In this document: in pieces, positions 41,130 to 49,910 of the stretch
Numbering within the stretch: position 1 is the stretch's first letter
Layout of the letters: every line of letters starts with the position of its first letter
IMG/VR virus record: IMGVR_UViG_3300044497_000111
Coordinates: 1-58,408 of that record
Source of the DNA: a virus
Strand: one strand, 5' to 3'
DNA length: 58,408 nt
Program-made: the position numbers and the translations under genes
Notes under the pieces: generated by a model
Databases searched by the model: none
What the model was told of the DNA's origin: nothing
The model's input: only the letters and a program-made list of their open reading frames with translations

Positions 41130-41501
41130 TTACTTCTTGCGCGTACGTGTCGTGCCGTCGTCGGTCGGTTCGCGGTCGAGATAGGCCTGCACGAGCTTTC
41201 GGGAGTAGAGGCGCTGCCGTCCAAGCTGGGGGCGTAGCTGGAAGCGTTCAAATTTCCCGGCCGATTGATGCTTGAAAAACGTGTTCGCGTTGTCGATGCG
41301 GAGCTTCTGCCGCAATTCGTCGGCGGTGAGCGCATCCTCATGCGGCGCGGAGCTCACCACCACACCGGCGTCCATGTCGACGCGCATCTGCTCCATCACC
41401 AATCGCGTCAGCGCCCGCACGAGCGTGTCGGCGATGGTCGACTCGGCGGAGACCTGGTTGCCGTCGTCGTCGGGCGCAGGGGTACGGGCGTCGTCGAGCA
41501 T
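41130..41501 (-). CDS. HTH protein (excisionase/MerR-type fold candidate)
   Basis: C-terminal half LTADELRQKLRIDNANTFFKHQSAGKF...RLYSRKLVQAYLD resembles Xis/AlpA-type HTH. Confidence 0.4.
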   Translation of the reverse strand: MLDDARTPAPDDDGNQVSAESTIADTLVRALTRLVMEQMRVDMDAGVVVSSAPHEDALTADELRQKLRIDNANTFFKHQSAGKFERFQLRPQLGRQRLYSRKLVQAYLDREPTDDGTTRTRKK

Positions 41502-41507
41502 GGCCGG

Positions 41508-41747
41508 TTACCGTTTCGGAGTGGGGGTCTCGATGGGCTGCGGTGTCGGGGGGATCGACAACATCAGCAATTCGTCTGGTTCGATGTTGAGTGCCTTGGC
41601 GAGTCGGACGACCGTCACATAACTCACCAACCGAATGTCATGCTCGCCCGTCTCGATCTTGCTGATAAATGAATTAGTGACTCCAGCCTGTTCTGCAAGC
41701 TCTTGTTGTGTTAATCGAGCAATCTTGCGAGCGATTTTGAAGTCCAT
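41508..41747 (-). CDS. XRE-family HTH regulator (Cro-like; first gene of the minus-strand early operon)
   Basis: MDFKIARKIARLTQQELAEQAGVTNSFISKIETGEHD is a canonical HTH_3 motif. Divergent from the CI-like gene. Confidence 0.8.
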   Translation of the reverse strand: MDFKIARKIARLTQQELAEQAGVTNSFISKIETGEHDIRLVSYVTVVRLAKALNIEPDELLMLSIPPTPQPIETPTPKR

Positions 41748-41764
41748 AGTTAATTTGCAGGAAC

Positions 41765-41792
41765 ATAACATAAAAAGTTTGACTCGTGACAA
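41765..41792 (-). promoter_or_regulatory. Possible sigma70-type promoter for the Cro-like gene (TTGTCA-16-TGTTAT)
   Basis: Read on the minus strand within the AT-richest stretch of the window. The -35 box abuts the -35 of the divergent promoter. Confidence 0.3.
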
Positions 41793-41808
41793 TCTTTTTG
41801 GGTAGGCT
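41779..41808 (+). promoter_or_regulatory. Possible sigma70-type promoter for the CI-like gene (TTGACT-18-TAGGCT)
   Basis: TTGACT at 41779-84 and TAGGCT at 41803-08. ATG 41819 lies only ~11 nt after the -10, implying a leaderless or near-leaderless mRNA. Confidence 0.4.
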
Positions 41809-41818
41809 GTAATTGGGC

Positions 41819-42205
41819 ATGGAATTAGGTAACGCGATACAACAAGACACAACGAGCGACAACGAAAGCGCATATGCTGCGTTGGTGTTCCAACGTGCCG
41901 CAGCTCGAGTGCGGATGTGGCGCACGTCGCATCGGATGGGGCAAGTCGAATTTGCCCGCTTGGCTGGCGTATCGGTCGGGTGTTTACAGGCGTTCGAAGG
42001 CGGCGTGCGCGACACTCGCGAGTCCAACGTGGCGAAGATTGCCGCCGCGATGGGCCAGTCGTTTGCCGAACTCACGAAAGAAGACGATCCCTACCCCGGT
42101 GCCGATCCCCTCTTGAATCTCCGCCCGGAAGACCTGCGCATCGCGCATGCCTTTCATCACGCGGGCGCCGACGTGAAGCACGCGGCGAAACGCCTCTTCC
42201 TTTAG
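41819..42205 (+). CDS. XRE-family HTH regulator (CI-like repressor candidate, no S24 peptidase domain)
   Basis: ...RTSHRMGQVEFARLAGVSVGCLQAFEGGVRD... HTH_3 motif. Divergent from the Cro-like gene and co-oriented with int. Confidence 0.7.
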   Translation: MELGNAIQQDTTSDNESAYAALVFQRAAARVRMWRTSHRMGQVEFARLAGVSVGCLQAFEGGVRDTRESNVAKIAAAMGQSFAELTKEDDPYPGADPLLNLRPEDLRIAHAFHHAGADVKHAAKRLFL

Positions 42206-42212
42206 TCAGCAC

Positions 42213-42341
42213 ATGAATGACGACCGGCGCGAACGTATCGCCAGCATTCTGCTGCGCCTGTTCGAATTGACGGACGATAACGAATTCGACGACCTCGAAA
42301 AACTGATCATCGGGTTTCGACGACCGCCTCCACGGTCGTGA
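42213..42341 (+). CDS. Hypothetical small protein (42 aa)
   Basis: Not in the track (under 60 aa). MNDDRRERIASILLRLFELTDDNEFDDLEKLIIGF.... Good third-position GC. Confidence 0.3.
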   Translation: MNDDRRERIASILLRLFELTDDNEFDDLEKLIIGFRRPPPRS

Positions 42342-42407
42342 CCGCTCGACGACGACGACCGAGCCACACGACGACGCCGAAAACCGCCAACCGGGGAGTA
42401 GTCGCCT

Positions 42408-42605
42408 ATGCCTGCCTTCAACGCATTGTCCGTTCGTGACCTTGTGGCGTTGACCGTGATCGCTTCCGAATCCGTCCGTGTCACGACGACCAATGCCGAC
42501 GAGCTCGTCGCACGCGCCTTTGCCGTCGCCGATGCCTTCGTCAATCGCAGCGACGGCCTGTGGTCGCACAATGCCAGACAAGCGCGGGAGAAGCGTGACG
42601 GCTGA
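42408..42605 (+). CDS. Hypothetical small protein
   Basis: GGGGAG SD before ATG 42408. 65 aa. Confidence 0.45.
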   Translation: MPAFNALSVRDLVALTVIASESVRVTTTNADELVARAFAVADAFVNRSDGLWSHNARQAREKRDG

Positions 42606-42715
42606 AAGGCCGTCATCAGACATCGCGTTTCATTCGGCGGTGCGCCTCCCCTTCTCCATCCCCACCACGCATCGTCAACCTAGTTCTAGTTCGTTGATGA
42701 AATGGGTGGTGGCGT

Positions 42716-42961
42716 GTGAAGAGATTTTCCCGACCCGTCCTCGTGACGACGCCTCGCGGCGAACAGCAGTCCGTCCAGCGACCGCGTCCGCTCAACGCGC
42801 AATTGGCGACGTCGACCGACCCGCACATGACCGACCTGTTCCAGCACGCGAATGCGCTCCAAGTGCTGGCACTCGAGGCGCCGCAACACTTCATGGCAAT
42901 CCTGCGGCAGACCCAACGACTGGCGAACGCGATTCGTCGGCGCAGAAAACCGAGCGCGTGA
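42716..42961 (+). CDS. Hypothetical small basic protein upstream of int
   Basis: 81-aa ORF with good GC3, ending 10 nt before the int ATG. Confidence 0.4.
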   Translation: MKRFSRPVLVTTPRGEQQSVQRPRPLNAQLATSTDPHMTDLFQHANALQVLALEAPQHFMAILRQTQRLANAIRRRRKPSA

Positions 42962-42971
42962 GACTCTCCTG

Positions 42972-44300
42972 ATGCCATCGAAAATCAAACGCACGAAAGT
43001 CGAACCGAATATCTGGCGCCGCCCGAGCGGTGTCTACGAAGCCCGGCTGACGGTCACCGGCCGCCCGCCGGTGTTGGAGACGTTTCCACCGGACACGTCG
43101 ATCAAGGAGATTCGCCAGTGGATCGCCGACAAACGCAGCGAACTCGAAAAGGATTGCCGTCTCTTCGGTCGACTCACGCGACAGGCGCAGGCACAGGCGA
43201 CCGGCACGCTCGAAGGCGATGCCTCGCGGTATCTCAATCAAATTGCTGGCCGTGAAGGGTCGAAGGCGGACGGGTCGCATCTGCGGGCATGGTTCGACGT
43301 CGAGGTCGTCGTCGACCACGTCCGCGTCCGACTCGGGGGACTGGCGCGTGCCGACTGGACCGCCGAACACGTGAACCTGGCGATTGCCGCATGGCAGAAA
43401 AAACCGTCCCCACATGCCATTCGGAAAGTCGTCGTGCGGGCGTCTCAACGGGACGCCCACACCATCGGCACGCATCGCATCGCGGCGACGACCGTGAAGG
43501 CGCACGACCGGACCGGTCATGCCTGCGCCACGGTACGCGGCTACGAACGCCAAGGGTCGGTCATCACCGAACACGCACGGGCGGCGCACACGATTCGTCG
43601 CTACGAACGAACAGCCCCGGCGACGAGCGGCCACATCGTCGCCACGAAAACGATTCGCCATCGGTGTCGGGTGCTCGCGCATCTGTTCCACACGCTCGAC
43701 GGCCCGAAGGCGCCAACGCCGGTCGACGACGCCCGTGTGCCGAAGCATTCGCAGACGCCGCCGGTCACGGTGTCGGCCGAGGTCATCGCGAAGACGCTGG
43801 AAAAGCTGGTCGCGCTCGACGAGAAAATGTTTGCGCGGTTTTACCTGCACGCCGTCACCGCGCAGCGACCCTGTCAGATCGAACGGGCACAACCCGGCGA
43901 TGTGCTGCTCGGCGACGAGCGGTCGTGGCTCGTACGCAACGCGAAGGGCGAACCCGCGCACACCTTTGCCTTGAACGATCATCACGTCCGCGCATGGGAG
44001 TACTTCATCAAGGTGGACGCGTGGGGTACCTTCGACCGGTCCGAATACGGCAAGGTTATTCACAAAGCGGGATGGCCGAAAGGCGTCCGCCCCTACAGTG
44101 CGCGACATTCGCTGGCGGTCGACGCGATTCGGCGTGGCGTCAGTCTCGGCGATGTACAGGCGATGCTCGGCCACACGCAGATCCAGACGACGCGGACGTT
44201 CTATGCGCCCTTCCAAGTCGACCGGCAGCGCGTGGTCAGCGAACAGATGGCGCCGTATCTGGCCGACGTGTTGAAGCCACGACTCGTGGGGAAGAAATGA
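42972..44300 (+). CDS. int: Tyrosine integrase with N-terminal arm-binding-type domain
   Basis: N-terminus ...NIWRRPSGVYEARLTVTGRP.... Catalytic region ...RPCQIERA..., ...YSARHSLAV..., ...MLGHTQIQTTRTFY (R..H.R..Y). Confidence 0.85.
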   Translation: MPSKIKRTKVEPNIWRRPSGVYEARLTVTGRPPVLETFPPDTSIKEIRQWIADKRSELEKDCRLFGRLTRQAQAQATGTLEGDASRYLNQIAGREGSKADGSHLRAWFDVEVVVDHVRVRLGGLARADWTAEHVNLAIAAWQKKPSPHAIRKVVVRASQRDAHTIGTHRIAATTVKAHDRTGHACATVRGYERQGSVITEHARAAHTIRRYERTAPATSGHIVATKTIRHRCRVLAHLFHTLDGPKAPTPVDDARVPKHSQTPPVTVSAEVIAKTLEKLVALDEKMFARFYLHAVTAQRPCQIERAQPGDVLLGDERSWLVRNAKGEPAHTFALNDHHVRAWEYFIKVDAWGTFDRSEYGKVIHKAGWPKGVRPYSARHSLAVDAIRRGVSLGDVQAMLGHTQIQTTRTFYAPFQVDRQRVVSEQMAPYLADVLKPRLVGKK

Positions 44301-44728
44301 GGCCCGAACATTTTCAGGCAGTCCTCGGCGCGACGTTCGTCCGCACCAGCGGCGAAGTCGTGCTGCAGATCGGCTCCCGGCAATACGACCGGTTCCGCCT
44401 CGGCGAAATCGGCGTGCCGCAAATCAAGGCGGCGCGGACACTCCACCTGGTCTTACAACGCATGGCAATAGCCTCGCCGTCGGCGCTCGCCGCTCGCGTC
44501 CATGAGCTGATGACACTGGAAGGCGTCGGCCATGCCGCGTTCTACGCCGCACTGGCCGTCTTGGCGGATTGCGATCAGGAAGACCGCGCCCTCGTCAATG
44601 TGGAACGGGCGGCGAAAGGCAAAACACCGGACACGTTGGTGACCTTCTCGACGGTGAAAGCCCGCGAACGGCAGCGGCGATTCGTTCACAAGCGACAAAC
44701 CAACCCGCGACAAAGGAGAGACCGATGA
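44297..44728 (+). CDS. Hypothetical protein
   Basis: ATGA overlap with the int stop. 143 aa. Only the 3' part of track ORF 43289..44728. Confidence 0.5.
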   Translation: MRPEHFQAVLGATFVRTSGEVVLQIGSRQYDRFRLGEIGVPQIKAARTLHLVLQRMAIASPSALAARVHELMTLEGVGHAAFYAALAVLADCDQEDRALVNVERAAKGKTPDTLVTFSTVKARERQRRFVHKRQTNPRQRRDR

Positions 44729-45213
44729 AACTGAGTCGAGAGACGCTCATTAAGTACGCCGCCGTTGGCGTGCGCGAACGCCTGCGAGAAATGCAACGCG
44801 AACTCGACGGGCTCGCCCGTGACTTCCCCGAGCTCGTGAAAAATGCCGACGGCTCCATGCCGTCCGTGGTCCCCCTGGTCACGAAGAAATCGGCGGCGCC
44901 GAAAAAAGCCGCAGCGCCGGCCCGGCCGTCCAAGCCGAACGGGCGTAGCCACGACGCGCACCATGTGATCGCGACGTCACGTCGCCCGTCGAAGAAACGA
45001 CGACTCGGCAAAGTCGCGTCGAAATTGGCGAAGCAGCGGCAGGCATCGGCCGACGTGCTCGAGAAATTCGACACGACCACGCCGCGTAAGATCGCCAGTC
45101 GAAAGATCGGGTCGCTCGTGCGGCGCGGCTATCTCGAGACCAAGGGCAAGCACGGCTACATCCGAACGGCGAAACGGTTCTACGTCAATCCCAGCGAGGC
45201 CACAGCGAACTAA
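44725..45213 (+). CDS. Lys/Ala/Pro-rich protein with winged-helix-like C-terminus
   Basis: AAAGGAGAG SD before ATG 44725. ...KKSAAPKKAAAPARPSKP...IGSLVRRGYLETKGKHGYIRT. Confidence 0.5.
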   Translation: MKLSRETLIKYAAVGVRERLREMQRELDGLARDFPELVKNADGSMPSVVPLVTKKSAAPKKAAAPARPSKPNGRSHDAHHVIATSRRPSKKRRLGKVASKLAKQRQASADVLEKFDTTTPRKIASRKIGSLVRRGYLETKGKHGYIRTAKRFYVNPSEATAN

Positions 45214-45635
45214 TGACGCGACGACGAGCCAAAGGCGTGACCCTGAAATTTGCGGTGCCGGATGTCTGGCGGGTGGTCGAGCACGCACGGGCCGCGCCCA
45301 CCCAGCGGGGGTACTACGGCAAGGTACTCCCGCCGAGCGTGATGTTTGTGAAAGACGAAGGCATCTATCTGATGTCGAACGGCGACCCACAGGACATTGT
45401 CCAGACGACGCCGCTGTCGCTCTTCGTGGCCTATGCTGACGGCTACGACCCGCGCACGTCGACCGACCGGGGCGACCTGTGGCACCGCTGCAAGGACGCC
45501 GTGGGCGGCGACGATTTCAGCGAGCCGTTGCAGCTCGGCGATTTCGAGGCGGTACTCAAGGTACCGGGCCTAACCGGCGTCGGCCTGCACGTCACCGAGA
45601 AGACCATCGAATTGCTGGCGCTGACGTCATGTTGA
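45213..45635 (+). CDS. DUF3085-like protein
   Basis: ...VMFVKDEGIYLMSNGDP...FVAYADGYDP...AVGGDDFSE... resembles the DUF3085 pattern (recognised from memory only). Confidence 0.4.
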   Translation: MTRRRAKGVTLKFAVPDVWRVVEHARAAPTQRGYYGKVLPPSVMFVKDEGIYLMSNGDPQDIVQTTPLSLFVAYADGYDPRTSTDRGDLWHRCKDAVGGDDFSEPLQLGDFEAVLKVPGLTGVGLHVTEKTIELLALTSC

Positions 45636-45904
45636 AAGTCCAAGCGAAACAGTGCGCCACGTGCATCTATCGGCCGGATTCGCCGCTCGACCTGGCCGAA
45701 TTGGAACGGCAGATTGCCGATCCCTACATGGACGGCTACTTCGCCAAATTCCGCATCTGCCATCACGCGTCCAATCGGAGCGGCGTCTGTTGTCGCGGCT
45801 TCTGGGACCGGCACAAGGATCACTTCACCGCCGGGCAGCTCGCGCAGCGGCTGGGCGCCGTCCAATTCGTCGACGTCGACCGGCTGAAGGTCAAACGGAA
45901 ATGA
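45629..45904 (+). CDS. Hypothetical Cys/His-rich protein
   Basis: MLKVQAKQCATCIYRP...FRICHHAS...GVCCRGF. Confidence 0.45.
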   Translation: MLKVQAKQCATCIYRPDSPLDLAELERQIADPYMDGYFAKFRICHHASNRSGVCCRGFWDRHKDHFTAGQLAQRLGAVQFVDVDRLKVKRK

Positions 45905-46494
45905 AACGCAAGCGCACGAACTGGTCGAAGGTGCCGTGGACGCCGTTCGAACCGTGCAAGATTCCCGACGCCGATGACCCGAGCGTCGTGCTCGACAAGC
46001 GGCCCGCCGCCATCTTCCGCAATTCGCGGTATCAGGTGACGGTCTACATTCGCGAGGAAGTCCAGCCGTTCGGCACGGTCGCGCACCTGTCGTTCAAAGT
46101 CCACGACAAACAGGCGCACCATGACTGGCGCGATATGCAGCGCATCAAGAATGAAATCTGCGGACCCGAGTGCGATGCCGTCGAGGTCTTCCCCGCCGAG
46201 TCGAAGCTCGTCGACGCCGCGAATCAATATCATCTGTTCGTGTTTCAGGAATTCCGCCTGCCGTTCGGCTTCCAGACGCGTCTCGTCGGCGACGGCAAGT
46301 GGGAGAACAGCGTGCAGCGCCCGTGGCCTCGAGACGAACGCCCGGCGGACTGTCTGAGCGCCGACGAATATCAGGCCACGCTTGATGCCGCGTTAGCGGC
46401 GAAGGGGACCAATGAACCTACCACCCGACGAACGGTATCAGGTACGGAGCCCGGAGATCGAGCGTGCCCTGCGAACACTCGCGGCGCTGATTGA
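45901..46494 (+). CDS. Conserved hypothetical phage protein
   Basis: ...HLSFKVHDKQAHHDWRDMQRIKNEICGPECDAVEVFPAESKLVDAANQYHLF.... The 3' end overlaps the next ORF by 83 nt. Confidence 0.5.
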   Translation: MKRKRTNWSKVPWTPFEPCKIPDADDPSVVLDKRPAAIFRNSRYQVTVYIREEVQPFGTVAHLSFKVHDKQAHHDWRDMQRIKNEICGPECDAVEVFPAESKLVDAANQYHLFVFQEFRLPFGFQTRLVGDGKWENSVQRPWPRDERPADCLSADEYQATLDAALAAKGTNEPTTRRTVSGTEPGDRACPANTRGAD

Positions 46495-46669
46495 CGAACG
46501 CACGCCCGACGGCTGGGGCTGGGGATTGTTCCTTGTGCCCTTCGGGGTAAACGAAGCCGCGCCGAAGGGGGCGGGCGCGGTGTTCTGGATTTCGAATAGT
46601 GAACGGGCCGGGATGATCGACGCCGTCAAAGGCTGGATCGAAGACAACGAACGGCGGCAGAAGGCATGA
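46412..46669 (+). CDS. Hypothetical protein
   Basis: 85-aa track ORF. ATGA junction downstream. Confidence 0.45.
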   Translation: MNLPPDERYQVRSPEIERALRTLAALIDERTPDGWGWGLFLVPFGVNEAAPKGAGAVFWISNSERAGMIDAVKGWIEDNERRQKA

Positions 46670-46839
46670 CCGGCGGCATTCGCGTCTACTTTGAACGGCG
46701 CGGCGCCCATGTCCATTGCCGCGTGTTCACGATGGGCCTGTGCGGCACGCTGACGTTCGATGAACAGGAATGGCCGACCATCGCTGATGCCCTGTCGCGT
46801 ATCGCGCAGGTCATCCCTGAGCGCCATGCCCACGCCTAA
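46666..46839 (+). CDS. Hypothetical small protein (57 aa)
   Basis: Not in the track. MTGGIRVYFERRGAHVHCRVFTMGLCGTLTF.... High GC3. Confidence 0.35.
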   Translation: MTGGIRVYFERRGAHVHCRVFTMGLCGTLTFDEQEWPTIADALSRIAQVIPERHAHA

Positions 46840-47032
46840 CCCGAAACCCGGCGTGCTGAAGTACGGCATCGGGTACGACCTGGTCGTCGTCGAAGAGCGG
46901 TCGCGCCTCGTGCTCGGCATTCGGTGCCACGCCTGCGACCGCACATCGTTTCATCCGAAGGATGTGACTGAGCGGTACTGCGGCGCCTGTCACGTGTTCC
47001 ACGAAGACCGCCTTGGGAGTCAACAGGCATGA
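46826..47032 (+). CDS. Hypothetical Zn-ribbon-like protein
   Basis: ...CHACDRTSFHP...YCGACHVFH. Confidence 0.4.
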   Translation: MPTPNPKPGVLKYGIGYDLVVVEERSRLVLGIRCHACDRTSFHPKDVTERYCGACHVFHEDRLGSQQA

Positions 47033-47208
47033 CATGGACGCAGGCTATTTGTGCCGCGTGTTACGCGGCCCGCGTGCCCGACGGCGACCCGATTGTGCTA
47101 CGCGATCCCGACCCGGAACGCTGCTGCGACTGCGGCGCCGTGACGACCGATGGCATCTACCTCCGAATTGATCCAGCGACGGTGCAGTACCCGCGAGGGC
47201 GGCAATGA
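47029..47208 (+). CDS. Hypothetical small Cys-rich protein (59 aa)
   Basis: Not in the track. MTWTQAICAACYAARVP...CCDCGAVT. ATGA junctions. Confidence 0.35.
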   Translation: MTWTQAICAACYAARVPDGDPIVLRDPDPERCCDCGAVTTDGIYLRIDPATVQYPRGRQ

Positions 47209-47432
47209 CGCACACGCGGCAGTACGCCGACGACGAAGGCACGTTCAGCGAGTGGCAGCCGGTCCGCGCCGTGCTGGCTAGGTGTCCGAAGATCGTGCCC
47301 GTGAGTGGATTGCCGTGTGGACATCCGGTCGAAGTTCGCACGTGGGAATCACACGATGGCGCATTTGAGGATTACCAGTACCGCTGCCTTGGCGGCGGGC
47401 ATGTCTGGTGGATTGATGGGATCGACGCATGA
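47205..47432 (+). CDS. Hypothetical protein
   Basis: 75-aa track ORF with ATGA junctions on both sides. Confidence 0.45.
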   Translation: MTHTRQYADDEGTFSEWQPVRAVLARCPKIVPVSGLPCGHPVEVRTWESHDGAFEDYQYRCLGGGHVWWIDGIDA

Positions 47433-47677
47433 CTGATGACGAATTGATCGCCGCGATGGCGGAAGAACTGGCGCACTGCGAAACGCCGCTGACGATGGTG
47501 CTCCGTCCGATTTCGGCCTTTCAATTGGTCGGCCTGCTGCAGCTCGCCTTGCGGCATCCGGGCGCGAATGGGGCGGCGGCTCGGTCGGGGCAGGTCTTCA
47601 TCGAGCATGTCCGGGCGTACTTCGGCGATCACCACGCGACCGCCGTGCTCGACGGCATTCGCCGGGGGGACGCATGA
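47429..47677 (+). CDS. Hypothetical protein
   Basis: 82-aa track ORF with ATGA junctions on both sides. Confidence 0.45.
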   Translation: MTDDELIAAMAEELAHCETPLTMVLRPISAFQLVGLLQLALRHPGANGAAARSGQVFIEHVRAYFGDHHATAVLDGIRRGDA

Positions 47678-48090
47678 CCGACATTCTGCCGACGTATCGG
47701 TGCTTCGACGACGCGCTGGAATTGATCGAAGCCCGCGTGAAAGAGACGCCGACGCTCGTGCGCCACGACTGGTCGATTGTGTTGGTACACGGCATCTGCG
47801 TCGGTGACGACGGCACGCGGTACGCCCACGCGTGGGTCGAAGAGCTCGGAAAGGTGTGGGACGCCGGCCTCGTCGACGGCCAGCGTCTCTACTACGCCGT
47901 GGCGCGGGCCGAGTACTACGAGGCGAAGCGCGTCGAAGAGTCGACGCGGTACACCCTGCGGGACATTCTCCGTGAGAACCGCCTGAGCGGAAACTACGGA
48001 CCGTGGAAGCCTGCGTATCTCACATTGTGCGGGAAGAGTGAGCGGATTCTGGGCAAGGTTGCGGCGCAGTTTGGAGAGACGGCGCGATGA
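47674..48090 (+). CDS. Hypothetical protein
   Basis: 138-aa track ORF (..RCFDDALELIE...YAHAWVEE..). Confidence 0.5.
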   Translation: MTDILPTYRCFDDALELIEARVKETPTLVRHDWSIVLVHGICVGDDGTRYAHAWVEELGKVWDAGLVDGQRLYYAVARAEYYEAKRVEESTRYTLRDILRENRLSGNYGPWKPAYLTLCGKSERILGKVAAQFGETAR

Positions 48091-48833
48091 CCGACGATCT
48101 ATTCCCCGGCGCCCTGACCTACGGCTTCCGCAAACGGCGGTCAGACGAAGACGCACACGCGTACCGGAAGGCCTTGATTGCCCACGTCGAGAAGCAAGAC
48201 TACGCCGCCGGGTTTGAAATCCGCATCAACAAGCCGCAGGCGCTGTGGACGCCCGAGCAGATTCGCGCCTTCGACGCCCATGTGCGTCAGAGCACACCGC
48301 CGTCAGACCAATTGCGGCCAGGTTTGCTGGCGCTCCATGTGGTGCAGGACGAGACGCGATACCCGGTGACCGACGACGAACTCAAGGCGCTCGCCGAGTC
48401 GGCGCTCAAATCCGCCATGCGCATGCGCGAACAGAAGCCGCGCAAGACGTTGCCGATTTTCCTGAGCGTGCTCTTGACCGACGGCATCCTGCTGACGACC
48501 GCGACTCACCGCGAAGATCGGATCGCCGTGCTGAAATTCCTGGCGCAGACGCACCCGGTGTTCGGCTTCGTGTGCGTCTTCGACGCCTTCCTGCACGCCC
48601 TCGGCGAGACGACCGCCACGAAAAAGGATTGCCTGATGGCGCAGATCGGGACGCGAGACTGGCGCCTGCTGAAGCATCGCCCGTACGTCGTACGTGGCAA
48701 CATCGCGATCTGGGACTGGCCCTATCCTGCCGACGTCGACGTGAGCGCCGAGATGCGCAAACCGGGCGACGTCCACGATCCCTATGCCACGATCTTCGTG
48801 TCCGTGCCGCCGAGCTCGGGGGCGCCGTCGTGA
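48087..48833 (+). CDS. Hypothetical protein
   Basis: 248-aa track ORF with coupled junctions on both sides. Confidence 0.55.
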   Translation: MTDDLFPGALTYGFRKRRSDEDAHAYRKALIAHVEKQDYAAGFEIRINKPQALWTPEQIRAFDAHVRQSTPPSDQLRPGLLALHVVQDETRYPVTDDELKALAESALKSAMRMREQKPRKTLPIFLSVLLTDGILLTTATHREDRIAVLKFLAQTHPVFGFVCVFDAFLHALGETTATKKDCLMAQIGTRDWRLLKHRPYVVRGNIAIWDWPYPADVDVSAEMRKPGDVHDPYATIFVSVPPSSGAPS

Positions 48834-49135
48834 CGACGTTGTTCGTCGTCCCGTTCGACCTGGTCGATGACGACCGGCGGCGTCGTGTGCTGGCCGCCGC
48901 CGCCCGGATGGATCTGCCCGTCGAATACGACGACGACGGTCGGCGGTTTCGTGTGATCTGCCCGGACGCGATGGCGTGTTACACGTTCGGTCTCGAGAGC
49001 GGTCTGACGTCCGAGCCGATCCCCGACTGCCTGTGCCGCACACGCGGCTGCGGCCATCGCGCCTCGCAGCACGTCGGACTCGGCGGCGCCTGCATGGTCG
49101 TCGGCTGCGCCTGTGGCCCGCAAGGCTGGTCGTGA
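48830..49135 (+). CDS. Hypothetical Cys-rich protein
   Basis: GTG 48830 forms a GTGA overlap. ...CLCRTRGCGHRASQH...CMVVGCAC. Confidence 0.4.
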   Translation: MTTLFVVPFDLVDDDRRRRVLAAAARMDLPVEYDDDGRRFRVICPDAMACYTFGLESGLTSEPIPDCLCRTRGCGHRASQHVGLGGACMVVGCACGPQGWS

Positions 49136-49332
49136 CACGTCCGCGAGCCACGCCCCCGGTGCGCGATGCCGACGTCATCGCGCTCTATCGCACGTGGACG
49201 ACGGACCAATTACTTCGACTGCGCCGTGCCTTTGCGGCCGACCAACGGCAGCGCGGCGTCACGCTGGCAACTATCGCGTTCTGCGAGGGGCGTCTCGCCA
49301 TCATCGACGCCATCCTGACGGAGAGACGATGA
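49132..49332 (+). CDS. Hypothetical protein
   Basis: GTG 49132 forms a GTGA overlap. 66 aa. Confidence 0.4.
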   Translation: MTRPRATPPVRDADVIALYRTWTTDQLLRLRRAFAADQRQRGVTLATIAFCEGRLAIIDAILTERR

Positions 49333-49622
49333 ACAAACAGATCGCCTCGCACGCGATGTTCGCCGCCGCCGTCATGGTCAACATTGTCGGCGGCGTGGTC
49401 GGCATGGTGGACGGCGATTGGCAGGCGGCGAGCTGGCGGGCCTGCTCGCTGGCCTTTGTTCTCGGCCTGTGGATCGGCACCGAGTATCTCCGCCGGATGA
49501 TGGTGGCGCGGGCGGAGTTCTATCGGACGCAGGTCACGCTGTTGGAACGGATGATCGACGGCAGGATCGCCGCCGCCGCCGTGGAACTCGGCGACGAACT
49601 CGGCGACTCCACAAGACACTGA
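49329..49622 (+). CDS. Small membrane protein (2 TM segments)
   Basis: MNKQIASHAMFAAAVMVNIVGGVVGMV...CSLAFVLGLWIGTEYL. Confidence 0.45.
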   Translation: MNKQIASHAMFAAAVMVNIVGGVVGMVDGDWQAASWRACSLAFVLGLWIGTEYLRRMMVARAEFYRTQVTLLERMIDGRIAAAAVELGDELGDSTRH

Positions 49623-49699
49623 TGCAAATTATTTTGATGCCGAAAACCCGGCGCCCTGGCCGCACCATGTCGGCGAATTCGACGGCTCAGTGCCGGGCG

Positions 49700-49875
49700 C
49701 CGAGACCACGAACGAACCGACGACCGACCGACGACACGACCGACCGATAGACCAGACCTACGACCGCCGACCGGTCTCCCGTGACCGGTCGACGCGTCGA
49801 GACCGACCGACCGCCTATAGAGATGACCGGGGACCGACCGTCTCCCCACGGTCTCGACGACCGGTCAGCCGACCT
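49700..49875. repeat. Intergenic repeat region R3 ((CGAC/CCGA)n, GACCGGTCTCCCGTGACCGG, CCTATAGAGATGACCGG, GTCTCCCCACGGTCTCGACGACCGGTC)
   Basis: Read directly. No credible ORF. It precedes the promoter at 49911. Confidence 0.8.
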
Positions 49876-49910
49876 GAAAACCCACGAAATCCTTGAAGGT
49901 TTTACCTAGC

